This document shows, in pieces, positions 7,464-16,417 of a stretch of 64,000 bases of DNA. Where the stretch lies: positions 3,963-67,962 of the IMG/VR virus record IMGVR_UViG_3300005844_000002, one strand, 5' to 3'. The notes under the pieces are model-generated. The model made no database searches. It saw only the letters and a list, made by a program, of their open reading frames with translations, and was not told the DNA's origin. Numbering within the stretch: position 1 is the stretch's first letter; each line of letters begins with the position of its first letter. The translations under genes were made by a program, and so were the position numbers. This stretch comes from a virus.

Positions 7464-8374
7464 GGTTGTGATTGTTTGATGAGTTCTTCGCTGATTTTCA
7501 TGTTGGCGTTAGTTCTGGCAAATGACCCAAACAATCTTAGCGCCGCTTCGTCGTAGGCGCGTGCAGATTTCTCCTTCGTGTCGAAGTAGCCTAGAAACAT
7601 TTGTTTCCCGTTGAATTGTATTCTGGCCAACCATTTTCCACGTTCCTTGTCCCAGCAAGCCCCTTTGAATCCACTAGTGCTATTTTTTTGAATCTTACCG
7701 TTCGCATTGTTTAGAGTACGTGAACACACTCGGAGATTCGATAGACAGTTGTTCTTTTTGTCACCGTCCGCATGATCGATAACCATATCTTTCGTGCCCC
7801 CAAGGAATGCTTCGGCAACTAGGCGATGAATCCGGTAATGTTTTCTATTGGGAAAGTTAACATTAATATACCCTTTAGTGTCTACCCATGGTTTCAGCAT
7901 CTTTCCTTTCAAAAACTGTCTTCTGCCATCTGGGTATTCAATGCATCTATCCAGCGATTTCACCCTGCCATGGTCGCTCACCTGATAGCCCTCAAATCCA
8001 ACCACTGCCCGCCATTCCTCGGCTTTCTCAGCAACGGCCTTCGCGGCTTCGATCTGCTCGCGCAACGGTGAAGGTGTGAGCTTGTGGCGTTGAAGGTAGT
8101 CTAGAGCCGCAACGCGAACTTGCTTATCGGGTGGAAGAAGTGCGCAAAGTCGCATCACCAAAACGACTAGATTTTCAATCTGGAACTTGTCGCCGTCTCG
8201 TTCAGACGGTGGACTCACTCCAACATATGTGATCTGCTTCACGGCTTCTTCGTAGGCGGCTAGGGCTTTTTCAACTCTGCTAAAGACTATCCAGAAAGTA
8301 CAGTAGCCCTTAGATTTTGATAGCTCGCGCACAGCTTCAGCCAGCGCAGCGGCGGGGTCGTTGGGTGTGCTCAT
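7460..8374 (-). CDS. Eaa-like N-terminus fused to a NUMOD4-HNH-AP2 endonuclease
   Basis: EEWRAVVGFEGYQVSDHGRV, HRLVAEAF, DHADGDKKNN, GFKG...LGYFDTKEKSARAYD; start moved to MSTPNDP at 8374. Confidence 0.85.
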   Translation of the reverse strand: MSTPNDPAAALAEAVRELSKSKGYCTFWIVFSRVEKALAAYEEAVKQITYVGVSPPSERDGDKFQIENLVVLVMRLCALLPPDKQVRVAALDYLQRHKLTPSPLREQIEAAKAVAEKAEEWRAVVGFEGYQVSDHGRVKSLDRCIEYPDGRRQFLKGKMLKPWVDTKGYINVNFPNRKHYRIHRLVAEAFLGGTKDMVIDHADGDKKNNCLSNLRVCSRTLNNANGKIQKNSTSGFKGACWDKERGKWLARIQFNGKQMFLGYFDTKEKSARAYDEAALRLFGSFARTNANMKISEELIKQSQP

Positions 8375-8586
8375 GGTTGCTGTGGTAGTTTTGGCAATCG
8401 ATAGGTTCTTGGTGTGCATGTTACCCTGAGCCGAGTTTGCTCGTCGCCCAAATCGACTAGGCCAGCCTGGTCGAAAAGAACGTTTTCCACGCTCGATTTG
8501 AACGCATCCCAATTGGTATCCTCTCCCTTTCGTTCAGCAATTGCGTAGGCTGCTCTCAATAGCATATTAGATTCGTTGGGTTTCAT
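8371..8586 (-). CDS. Hypothetical protein
   Basis: LLRAAYAIAERKGEDTNW motif; coupled. Confidence 0.7.
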   Translation of the reverse strand: MKPNESNMLLRAAYAIAERKGEDTNWDAFKSSVENVLFDQAGLVDLGDEQTRLRVTCTPRTYRLPKLPQQP

Positions 8587-8846
8587 ATTGCAGTTAGTGT
8601 TTCTTCAACTCTTATGGGTTTAAAATACCAGTGCTTTGAATGCTTTTTTGATGCCTCGCGTTTCTCTTTGCACCAAACAGCGCATTCTTTTCTGGTGCGA
8701 AAAAGCATGGCGCGCTGAGGCTCTCCCAAGTATACTCTTGGCCTTGAGGTCGTATGCCACGCCTCATATGGAACAAATCCCTTTTCACGACCAACATGAA
8801 AGTGGGCAGCCCAAAGTATTGTGCGGTGGAATATTTGTGGTTTCAC
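8583..8846 (-). CDS. Hypothetical protein
   Basis: LFRTRKEC motif; start uncertain, near the stop of the upstream gene. Confidence 0.5.
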   Translation of the reverse strand: MKPQIFHRTILWAAHFHVGREKGFVPYEAWHTTSRPRVYLGEPQRAMLFRTRKECAVWCKEKREASKKHSKHWYFKPIRVEETLTAI

Positions 8847-9109
8847 GCATCCCCCTTCGGCTGGGCCGCTGCGGCGGGCTGCGGTCGTTTCATGTCTCCA
8901 GGGCAAAAACACTCGTAGTCTTCCTGCGTCCAGTGTTTAGCCGCATCGTCACACTCAGGGTGGTATTTCATGCAATTCAAGTCTCCGTAGCTTACCCCGG
9001 TACGCGTTCCATATATTGAGCCAATCTGGATATCTTCGTTGCAGTAAAAGCACACGTGCTTCTTGCGAGCGACAACTCGGTCTTTGCTTGATAGAAATAC
9101 CCAGCTCAT
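8843..9109 (-). CDS. Small Zn-finger protein
   Basis: ARKKHVCFYC...I..G..Y...HPEC. Confidence 0.75.
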   Translation of the reverse strand: MSWVFLSSKDRVVARKKHVCFYCNEDIQIGSIYGTRTGVSYGDLNCMKYHPECDDAAKHWTQEDYECFCPGDMKRPQPAAAAQPKGDA

Positions 9110-9696
9110 CCCTGTCCTTCATTTGGTTTTGCGGCGGGCTGCTTCAGTTGAGCCTCCGCCATTTGCATACCCACCCAATGAGAAACCATACGAAGATCCA
9201 TTGTTTTGCCCGCGCTAAGCAGCATTCCCATGGTTTCCGCGTCGAGTTCGCTTTGATCTCGCAACCATCCAATCGCGCCATGCTCGTCAGGCTCACAGTA
9301 TTCGAGCGAATCCAGGTCGAGCCCTCGATAGCTTTCGGGTTCTTCCGCGATGGTTTCCTTCAGAGATTTTACGAACTCCTCGAATGAAAAATCGTAGCAA
9401 TCGCGCCCGCGTCCTTTTTCTGAGGCCTCGCACTTTCCCGAAAAATAGCCGAGTTCGGTCCGGGCGATAAACTCAATTGATGCTTTGCCGCTCCATTGAT
9501 AAACTGCCGCTCCGAGGTCGCCGTAAACGAAGAGTGTTCCGCCGTGGATAATGTAGCGAATGGCATAGCACCCCGTTTTTGGCGCTTTCCACTCAATCAA
9601 GGTTAGGCCGTTTTCGCAGGTCTTTACCGTGGCTACGTGATCCTTAAACCAGCGCGTTCGTATTTCTAGAAATTGATCTGCTCTTGGGTGATTCAT
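9106..9696 (-). CDS. Conserved phage hypothetical protein
   Basis: FKDH, VYGDLGAAVY, YFSGKCEAS motifs; start MNHPR at 9696. Confidence 0.75.
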   Translation of the reverse strand: MNHPRADQFLEIRTRWFKDHVATVKTCENGLTLIEWKAPKTGCYAIRYIIHGGTLFVYGDLGAAVYQWSGKASIEFIARTELGYFSGKCEASEKGRGRDCYDFSFEEFVKSLKETIAEEPESYRGLDLDSLEYCEPDEHGAIGWLRDQSELDAETMGMLLSAGKTMDLRMVSHWVGMQMAEAQLKQPAAKPNEGQG

Positions 9697-9890
9697 GGTT
9701 GTCCCTCGTTTGGTTTTTCTGTCTCGTCCCACTGATCGTGGTAAAGCGCCTCGTGCAGCCGGTCGTAAACCTGGTCTCGTGTGAGTCGTGTGAGCGGACT
9801 CTTACCTTCCCAACTTCCGTGTAAATCCCGCATCAGGCTTTCAATCGCGGCGGTTAGGCGCTCGCACTTAGATTTGTAGTCTTCGCTCAT
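9693..9890 (-). CDS. Hypothetical protein
   Basis: GAGGAGG SD upstream. Confidence 0.65.
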   Translation of the reverse strand: MSEDYKSKCERLTAAIESLMRDLHGSWEGKSPLTRLTRDQVYDRLHEALYHDQWDETEKPNEGQP

Positions 9891-10028
9891 GTTTTTAATC
9901 CTCCTCTATTGGATAAACTTTGACGTATGCCGCGCCGTTGTCCCGAACGATCTCCTTGCCGATGCGTAGTGCCTGCTCCTCTGAGTCGGCTTCGATCTCC
10001 CAAGTGACGTTAATGTGTATTTCGTATT

Positions 10029-10535
10029 TCACGGATTTGCCTCCGGTTTTGCGGTGTCGCCTGCGAGCGCTGCCTCGATTGCTTTTAATGCGGGTGACTC
10101 ATACAGCGTGCGCGCAAAGTTTGCTGTGTTTCCAATCGCGCCAAACCATTCGGATTCTTTTTCTTGGTTTGACTCCTCGAAATAATCGAAGCTAGCAGTT
10201 GCGATCCGGGCCAACTCTTCACCAATATTCGTAATCGCATCTCGCGCCTGCGCAGCTTGCAGGTGTTCGGCTCGGGCACGCGCTTCATCTAACTGACCCG
10301 CTAATCCATCGGCTTCGTCTGAACGCACGGAAATCGCATTTTGAAGCGACTCGATTTCTTTCTCGGCTTTCTGCTTAGCCTTAACTACGTCTCTTAGAAT
10401 GCATGCGTCTTCATGGGTTAGCGCCTTATGCTCAGCCAATGCTTGCCGGAGCGCTTCGATTTCGGCGCGAGCTTTCGCATATCGATCGTTGCATTCGTCG
10501 CACGAGATTTCACCGCATGTTGGTTCGTCGCTCAT
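10029..10535 (-). CDS. Coiled-coil protein
   Basis: CxxC followed by a heptad pattern. Confidence 0.65.
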   Translation of the reverse strand: MSDEPTCGEISCDECNDRYAKARAEIEALRQALAEHKALTHEDACILRDVVKAKQKAEKEIESLQNAISVRSDEADGLAGQLDEARARAEHLQAAQARDAITNIGEELARIATASFDYFEESNQEKESEWFGAIGNTANFARTLYESPALKAIEAALAGDTAKPEANP

Positions 10536-10780
10536 GTTTCCTTCGATTCGCAAACGCAGTTAACCGGGATAATGCAATCAGGGGACGGATCACCTGGGCT
10601 TGGGTCGCCTGGTGGCTCTGGCCACTCGCATGGCCAGCTTCCAAGCGGACGAATTGCTTTACTTGGTTTATGATTGGCGAGCGGGTCAAAGATTGATGCG
10701 GCGCGAGTCATGTTGCAGCACAGGAACAACGTCGATAGGACGGCGAAGCAAAAGCGTTTGCTGTTTTTTAATGTTTTCAT
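10532..10780 (-). CDS. Putative secreted Cys/Pro-rich peptide
   Basis: Basic-hydrophobic signal; PGDPS repeat; several Cys; ATGA-coupled. Confidence 0.55.
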   Translation of the reverse strand: MKTLKNSKRFCFAVLSTLFLCCNMTRAASIFDPLANHKPSKAIRPLGSWPCEWPEPPGDPSPGDPSPDCIIPVNCVCESKET

Positions 10781-11373
10781 GATTGGAATCCTATTTTAGC
10801 TACAGCCTCATGGGATGAGGCTCTCAGTTTCTTGAGGAAATCGATGTCGTCTTTGGTCTTGGGAAGAACGTTTCCATACCGAAGGCAGACTATGCGCGGT
10901 TGAACGATTAAGAATGTCACTTGATCACTATGCTTGAACTGCGACTCGTCTGAATGATCAAAATCATCCTCTGGCGCGTACGGTTTATCTAGATCGGCTT
11001 CGACCTCTTCAATCGTGGTGTACGTGCCGTGAACTCCTGATGTAGAAAACAAACAAAAGTTCATTTCGTTTGCCTCTCCGTTTGGGAAAAAGGATCTTAG
11101 TGCTGCCATTGATTTCAGATCGCTCGCACGGGATTTACCTGAGTGGTGATTAACGTAAAACGTGTTGTAGTGCGCCCCTTCTTTTTGGTGCACCGATTTC
11201 CAGTCTTCGGATGACGCTGGCTCAAACATTGGTCCTGAAGCACTCATTTGTTTTGAAATTGATTTATTTTGCCTGGTTTTCCTTCCCGCTAGGCCAGCCC
11301 TACCGCTTGCGATGTAGGCTCGCATTTCGGTGGGGCCTATGGGCGGGAATAGATTATGCGGAGAACCGTCCAT
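10777..11373 (-). CDS. Hypothetical protein
   Basis: 198 aa; FCLFSTSGVHG motif; start uncertain. Confidence 0.7.
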   Translation of the reverse strand: MDGSPHNLFPPIGPTEMRAYIASGRAGLAGRKTRQNKSISKQMSASGPMFEPASSEDWKSVHQKEGAHYNTFYVNHHSGKSRASDLKSMAALRSFFPNGEANEMNFCLFSTSGVHGTYTTIEEVEADLDKPYAPEDDFDHSDESQFKHSDQVTFLIVQPRIVCLRYGNVLPKTKDDIDFLKKLRASSHEAVAKIGFQS

Positions 11374-11743
11374 CTCCGTGCTCCTGCGCCAGACGGTCTA
11401 CATCTAACTCGCTAAGCGCTTGATGATCCTGCTCGGCAAACACTTCGTCAAGGTATTGCTTCTCCTCTTCCGTGCGTTCTACGGTCTTAGGAATGCCAGC
11501 GAACACGCTTTCAATTCCTTTGATCATTGCCGCGTTTAGGCGCGTGCGTATGTCGATGTCGCAGGACATGCAGCGTGGCCGTTGCATGTAAAGGTCTCGA
11601 ACGCCTTGGCTAGAGCCTTCTGGCGCTCCGGCGTATTCTCCGTGCGTCTCGCAGTCGCAAAAAAAGCACGGGAAGCATTCTCCGGTTCCCGCGTTGTGCG
11701 CCGCTAGCTCGTCCCAGTCTGGTTGTTTGACTTGTTTGTTCAT
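11354..11743 (-). CDS. Cys-rich hypothetical protein
   Basis: CxxC motifs; downstream of a TTGACT promoter. Confidence 0.6.
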   Translation of the reverse strand: MNKQVKQPDWDELAAHNAGTGECFPCFFCDCETHGEYAGAPEGSSQGVRDLYMQRPRCMSCDIDIRTRLNAAMIKGIESVFAGIPKTVERTEEEKQYLDEVFAEQDHQALSELDVDRLAQEHGDGRFSA

Positions 11744-11771
11744 ATAGTTGAGTTTCGTTTACCTATGAGAA

Positions 11772-11802
11772 AGTCTATGGTTTAATTGCGCAATCAAGTC
11801 AA
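11772..11802 (-). promoter_or_regulatory. Promoter with palindromic operator ATTGCGCAAT
   Basis: Minus strand TTGACTTGATTGCGCAATTAAACCATAGACT; the same box recurs at 54368. Confidence 0.55.
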
Positions 11803-12027
11803 TCACAAAATCCTAATTGCGTCTAGGCTTTGTCCTCCAGAAAAGCCGTGAACCGTCACCATTGCTGAATGTCCTCCCATAACCCAGGCGGGTGTTGTTG
11901 TTTTTGTTGGAGATCCATCTCTAAGCGGATTGATTAGCGAATATCGCACCACCTCAGTTCCGACTGGAAATCGTGCGTTGAAGTCATCGACCATCGCCTG
12001 TAGTTTTTGAATGTTTGGTTTTTTCAT
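11803..12027 (-). CDS. Conserved phage hypothetical protein
   Basis: FNARFPVGTEV...T.TPAWVMGGHSAMV motif. Confidence 0.7.
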   Translation of the reverse strand: MKKPNIQKLQAMVDDFNARFPVGTEVVRYSLINPLRDGSPTKTTTPAWVMGGHSAMVTVHGFSGGQSLDAIRIL

Positions 12028-12221
12028 AATGATTTCAGCCACGCCCGCTTTTTCTTGAGCGGAATTTTGCTGATCTTGAATTTCTGGTTTCTGACCGGAA
12101 GGGCGAGCCCGAGCTGCTTGCAAGTCTCGCGATCTAGCAACAACTCAAGACCGTTTCCAATCGGAACGGCCCTGAGCTTGTCTTCATGCGGTTCAAAACG
12201 ATCTTTCATAACTTTTCCCAT
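12024..12221 (-). CDS. Hypothetical protein
   Basis: In operon. Confidence 0.5.
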   Translation of the reverse strand: MGKVMKDRFEPHEDKLRAVPIGNGLELLLDRETCKQLGLALPVRNQKFKISKIPLKKKRAWLKSL

Positions 12222-12490
12222 TTGCTGCTTTCGACGACGCGGACACCTTTCATCTTGCCTGAATTTACCCCTTTGTCTCCAACCAACAAAAAGCAGTTTT
12301 CTCCATTTACTCCGAATTCACCCTCACAAAGATGGTGACCAAAAAGAAATCCATCAAACTTTCTAACCTGCTTATACATGTAAACCTTCTCGCGCCTTTT
12401 GGCAGCAACGAAATGAAATACCTTTAGAACATCCCATTCTTCAATGAGAATCCCGCGTTCATCGGTTAAAGGCGCCTTATCTTCGCTCAT
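12206..12490 (-). CDS. Hypothetical protein
   Basis: DVLKVFHF...YMYKQ motif. Confidence 0.7.
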   Translation of the reverse strand: MSEDKAPLTDERGILIEEWDVLKVFHFVAAKRREKVYMYKQVRKFDGFLFGHHLCEGEFGVNGENCFLLVGDKGVNSGKMKGVRVVESSKWEKL

Positions 12491-12494
12491 TTAA

Positions 12495-12746
12495 TTATTT
12501 TCGTTCTATGGACATTATGCAATATCCTTCTGGCACACCAAATACGCCGCCGTGAAGAATGTAGGAGACTGTGAATAGACAAAACCGTCCTGTTGGTGAA
12601 CATCCTCCAATAAACGGAACTACTTCCATTAAAAGAAGCTCGTCACCAAGCTTGAAATCGCGGTCGTTCTTGCGGAACTCGAATGTCTTTTTGCCGTAAA
12701 CAACGTCGTGATATACGCTGTCCCAGGTTTTTAGCTTGTGTGTCAC
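12495..12746 (-). CDS. ASCH/DUF3850 domain protein
   Basis: HKLKTW...GKKTFEFRKNDRDFKLGD. Confidence 0.85.
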   Translation of the reverse strand: MTHKLKTWDSVYHDVVYGKKTFEFRKNDRDFKLGDELLLMEVVPFIGGCSPTGRFCLFTVSYILHGGVFGVPEGYCIMSIERK

Positions 12747-12867
12747 TTCAGGTCACGCTCCAGTTCTGAGACGATAGCGCGAGACTCCCGCGCAACGTTG
12801 TACGTATATAGAAAAATCGCGGCCCCAAAGCACAGCGACATAGCAATAAGGACAAGGTTCAGGCGTT

Positions 12868-13128
12868 TCATATGGACGCTTGTTTGATGTAAACGGAGGC
12901 AAAGTAGTTGCGCGGTAAAAGCGTTGCTTTACCCGAAAGTCCAATTATCCTGGCTTCATTTAATTGAAGGCCGATGATTAACGACTTGATTGCGTTGTGA
13001 ACGCCGCCGATTCGCTTGTACTGCTCAGAGCTGCAAAGCGTGCGGTTATTTCCTGCGAGAACAGCAAACCAAAATTGCTTAGTGGTTTTGCTGCGACGAA
13101 TCCTGAAGCTAACGTATTTGTGTGACAT
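12868..13128 (-). CDS. YegP/DUF1508-like protein
   Basis: WFAVLAGNNRTLCSSEQY...AIKSL. Confidence 0.7.
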   Translation of the reverse strand: MSHKYVSFRIRRSKTTKQFWFAVLAGNNRTLCSSEQYKRIGGVHNAIKSLIIGLQLNEARIIGLSGKATLLPRNYFASVYIKQASI

Positions 13129-13135
13129 TTTGTTT

Positions 13136-13357
13136 TTATTTGTGACTGAAAAAGAGAACGGCCAGCGTTAGGGCACAGCCCCAAGCTAGGCCAAAGACAA
13201 ACGCGGCAAAGAAAGGCCACAGCGGCACAGGGGTCCCAAGCTCGTCTTGGTTTTCGCGGCCGAGGTTTTCTTGTGAATCGAAGCGAGAGTTGTCCCTCTC
13301 GGAAAGCTGCAACCGAGCGAGAGTATCGTACTCGGTGGTTTCAAATCGGTTTTTCAT
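13136..13357 (-). CDS. Membrane protein
   Basis: C-terminal TM helix. Confidence 0.6.
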   Translation of the reverse strand: MKNRFETTEYDTLARLQLSERDNSRFDSQENLGRENQDELGTPVPLWPFFAAFVFGLAWGCALTLAVLFFSHK

Positions 13358-13716
13358 GTGGTTATTTCTTTATTTGGCCGGGTTTCGACCATCAATTGAC
13401 CTTCAAAAAATATAACAGAGTAGATGTAGTCGGCTTGCCACTCATCCATAGTTTTAGGAGAAATGACGTAGATTTCTCCTAATGGAAACTTATCCTTGAA
13501 ATGTGCTAGGCATTGCGCCGCGAAATCGCCCATGCCGTTAGCAACCTTAGGTAAGTCTAGGTGGGAATCCTTAATGCCGTTGACGAGCTTAAAACCGGAG
13601 CAAAAGCGCCTCAGTTCTTTGCCGTGGCATTCCGGATACCCATCCGACTGCCGATAGAATGAGAGCAGGAGGTTTCTGTCTTCGTCGTATATCCTAGTTT
13701 TTGCAGGTGTGCCCAT
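13354..13716 (-). CDS. Conserved phage protein (YRxxDGYP family)
   Basis: YRQSDGYPECHG, ANGMGDFAAQ; start moved to 13716. Confidence 0.8.
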   Translation of the reverse strand: MGTPAKTRIYDEDRNLLLSFYRQSDGYPECHGKELRRFCSGFKLVNGIKDSHLDLPKVANGMGDFAAQCLAHFKDKFPLGEIYVISPKTMDEWQADYIYSVIFFEGQLMVETRPNKEITT

Positions 13717-13721
13717 AAAGG

Positions 13722-13880
13722 TTATGGGGTTCCTAGAAAGTTTAGGGCCCATCGAACGCCAAAGGACAGAGAATACGCAATAGCTACGCCTAGGACGCAC
13801 AAAGTCAGCATTCCTAGACCGAGATAGGCTAGGTCTGTCCAGAAGGCTAGGAAGCGCTTTAAACGGGGTTCTGTGGGCAT
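13722..13880 (-). CDS. 52-aa membrane protein (not in the ORF track)
   Basis: MPTEPRLKRFLAFWTDLAYLGLGMLTLCVLGVAIAYSLSFGVRWALNFLGTP. Confidence 0.55.
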   Translation of the reverse strand: MPTEPRLKRFLAFWTDLAYLGLGMLTLCVLGVAIAYSLSFGVRWALNFLGTP

Positions 13881-14057
13881 TGGGGATCCTGGTTATGTTT
13901 TGATGGCGCGGCCCGATGTTTTCTTATGGTTTTCCAGCAGGTTTGAGAACCGGCCTAAACCTATTTTTAGGTCTAGCTTGCGGGCCAAACGCGGCCACCG
14001 GCTTTTTCTCAATCTGCTCAACTGCATTAAACAAACGGACAGCTAACTCTGACACCT

Positions 14058-14090
14058 CAAAACCCCCTTGCCAGCTAAGGCTAAGGGGGC
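14058..14090 (-). terminator. Intrinsic terminator
   Basis: Minus strand CCCCCTTAGCC...GGCAAGGGGG-TTTT. Confidence 0.6.
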
Positions 14091-14324
14091 AACTGACCTA
14101 TCATTTAGAGTAATTCATTCATCGCGCTAGCTTCCTTCGATTAATTCGCGCCTAACAATCGACAGTTTTGGTTTTCGTTTATCGCATATTTTTATTTAGA
14201 GTAGAATATCTCCACCTAAAAGCCTCGCGTCTCCGTAGAGATAGCGAGGCTAGGGAATGGTTTGAGATTAGACTCTATGCCTCTGCGTGGATTAGCTTGC
14301 AGTCGCTTGCGGCTAGCCAATGAG

Positions 14325-14651
14325 CTAGGGTTTCGCTGCCGATGCCTTTGAGATTGCGTCTACTGCTTTGCATAAAGCTAACTGTGGCCCCCTATAGTAT
14401 TCTCCATGTTTTTCAACTAGTCTATCAAGCCATGCCATACATTCGTTAAGAGCGTCTAGGAGCTCCGGTGCTGCTGCAATTAGGCGTGCGTTAGCTTCTT
14501 GAATCTCTTCTTCTCCTTCGCTTAGAGTGTCCGAGTACGTACAGCAAACTGTACGATCTAGGGCAACGATGTGAATCTCTTTAAGCCTTGGTTTTGAATG
14601 TAAAACCGTGGCATACTCGCGCCATGGGCCTTTTGTGTGCTGTGTGCTCAT
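14325..14651 (-). CDS. Conserved phage early protein
   Basis: HTKGPW...ANARLIAAAPELLDAL. Confidence 0.85.
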   Translation of the reverse strand: MSTQHTKGPWREYATVLHSKPRLKEIHIVALDRTVCCTYSDTLSEGEEEIQEANARLIAAAPELLDALNECMAWLDRLVEKHGEYYRGPQLALCKAVDAISKASAAKP

Positions 14652-14881
14652 GACTTTGCAGCCTCCCTGCTGGTGATAAAATAGCGCCGTTCCTCTTTAT
14701 GAAGGCTCAGATTTTCGCCGGGTTTTATGTTGGGCCTGCCAACCAAAACTTCCTTCCGCTTGAGCTTTTCGCGAATATATTCGTTGTAGTCTCCTTCTCT
14801 CATATTCGGGCAATAGCCGCTGTAATAGTTGTAAACGGCGCTTAGACTCTCAAAGTGATTCGTGCCAGTGATAGTCTTCAT
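14648..14881 (-). CDS. Hypothetical early protein
   Basis: ATGA-coupled. Confidence 0.65.
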   Translation of the reverse strand: MKTITGTNHFESLSAVYNYYSGYCPNMREGDYNEYIREKLKRKEVLVGRPNIKPGENLSLHKEERRYFITSREAAKS

Positions 14882-15198
14882 TTGGTTGCAGCCTCCTCAA
14901 CGATTTGCCTCGCCGCTTCCTTCATGATGCACGTCCCGGCGCTTAATGAATATAACCGTTTTCCGTCTCCGTTTTCATCAATGGCGAATAGCGAAGGCGT
15001 ATTTATTCGGTCCCATTCCTCCAGCGGTATATCATTAAAATGAGGGTCACGCGAAGATAGCAGCCTAGATCCAAATCGCGTTTCTACTAAGCGCTTGATG
15101 TAAGGCGTAACGAATTGCGCCCAGTATTCGCGGTGCGTGCAAACCTTGTCCAAATATTCTGATCTAGTCCATTTAACTGTTTTCGTGTCCGTGTTCAT
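14878..15198 (-). CDS. Conserved phage early protein
   Basis: THREYWAQFV...DPHFNDIPLEEWD. Confidence 0.75.
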   Translation of the reverse strand: MNTDTKTVKWTRSEYLDKVCTHREYWAQFVTPYIKRLVETRFGSRLLSSRDPHFNDIPLEEWDRINTPSLFAIDENGDGKRLYSLSAGTCIMKEAARQIVEEAATK

Positions 15199-15288
15199 TG
15201 TCTGTTTATCCTGATTTTTGTTGAGCTCTGCCCGTGATTAGGCATTACGGAAACACTTAGGCTATCCCAAGTGTTTCGAAGTGCGTTA

Positions 15289-15702
15289 TCAGGAAGCGTA
15301 AATTTTCCCATCATCACCTAGGTAGAGATCGGTTGACCCGTATACCTTTGAAGCGGCTGAAAGGCGTTTACCTAGGTCACTTAAGCCCCTATCCAAAAAC
15401 CCGACACCATGGCCATTTTTCGTTAACCAGAAGTCATGTCCGGCGCATTCGATTTCTGAGAAATTGCCCGTAGGGGAATACTCGGAACAAAAGGCGCTTA
15501 AATCGTCCGAATTCGCCTGCATGAAATCGCGACACTCGCGAGCCATCGAAAGGAGCGACGAAAACGCGATATCGTGTCGGGTGTAGTTAGCGTCGAATGG
15601 TTCGCCCCCGCTCTCGGTAGAATTATCGTAAGACGACCAAAGCGCGCAGGTGAGAAAGCCAATGAAAAACTCGCGGAACTCAGATTGCGTTTTCGTTTTC
15701 AT
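15289..15702 (-). CDS. Conserved phage early protein
   Basis: CALWSS...AGHDFWLTKNGHGVGF. Confidence 0.8.
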   Translation of the reverse strand: MKTKTQSEFREFFIGFLTCALWSSYDNSTESGGEPFDANYTRHDIAFSSLLSMARECRDFMQANSDDLSAFCSEYSPTGNFSEIECAGHDFWLTKNGHGVGFLDRGLSDLGKRLSAASKVYGSTDLYLGDDGKIYAS

Positions 15703-15989
15703 AGCGCAAACACTCCCTTCTGCGCGTCACGTAATGCTAACAACCGAGCCTTATCCGTGCTGAGCAAATCCAGCAGTTCAAGCGCTTCCGCCTTGCAAAC
15801 GTGCTCGGAATTCTTCAGCTTTTCCCCAGCGAAAACTAGATCGATATACGTTAGGCCGTAGTCCTTAACCATTGCTTTCGCGGCTATAGTAAAGCCTGAC
15901 TCTAAGAGAGTAACAGCGTCAATCGCGGCAAGCTTTGTGCCGTCAGAGATGAGGCGTTCTAGTTGAGAGTTAGAGTAGAGAGCGTTCAT
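15699..15989 (-). CDS. Hypothetical early protein
   Basis: Coupled to the downstream gene. Confidence 0.6.
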   Translation of the reverse strand: MNALYSNSQLERLISDGTKLAAIDAVTLLESGFTIAAKAMVKDYGLTYIDLVFAGEKLKNSEHVCKAEALELLDLLSTDKARLLALRDAQKGVFAL

Positions 15990-16034
15990 GAGTTTGTTTA
16001 TCGGTTGTACTGTCGGTTGCTTTAGAGAAAAGAA

Positions 16035-16232
16035 TCACCAATTGGCATCAGCCATACCGAAAGAAGAGTTGAACTCTAAGTTTCGAACGTTGTCCGCGCT
16101 CTTACTTGACTTGTGGAATGCTTTCCTATCACGTGGATAGTAAGCGATTTCGTCGCCTTTCTTGATTTCCTTGCCCGTTTCGGGGCAAACACTGTTGAAG
16201 CGGGCAGTTGTGAAATAAGGGTCGTTTTTCAT
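16035..16232 (-). CDS. Small early protein
   Basis: ARFNSVCPETGKEIKKGD motif. Confidence 0.7.
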   Translation of the reverse strand: MKNDPYFTTARFNSVCPETGKEIKKGDEIAYYPRDRKAFHKSSKSADNVRNLEFNSSFGMADANW

Positions 16233-16417
16233 GTCAGTCGATTTAAAGGGTCAGACTTTGTTAGCCTTGCTCCCTAGCTGAGCGTTTTAGCTTCATGACT
16301 AGGGAGCGAATCGACTAACTAACCTGACGCTCCTAATATCGGGTATTCCTAAGCATAAGTGAAGATAAATCTTAGTGTTCTTTGCTTATTAGTTGTAAGC
16401 GCTTTTAAGACAGTATC

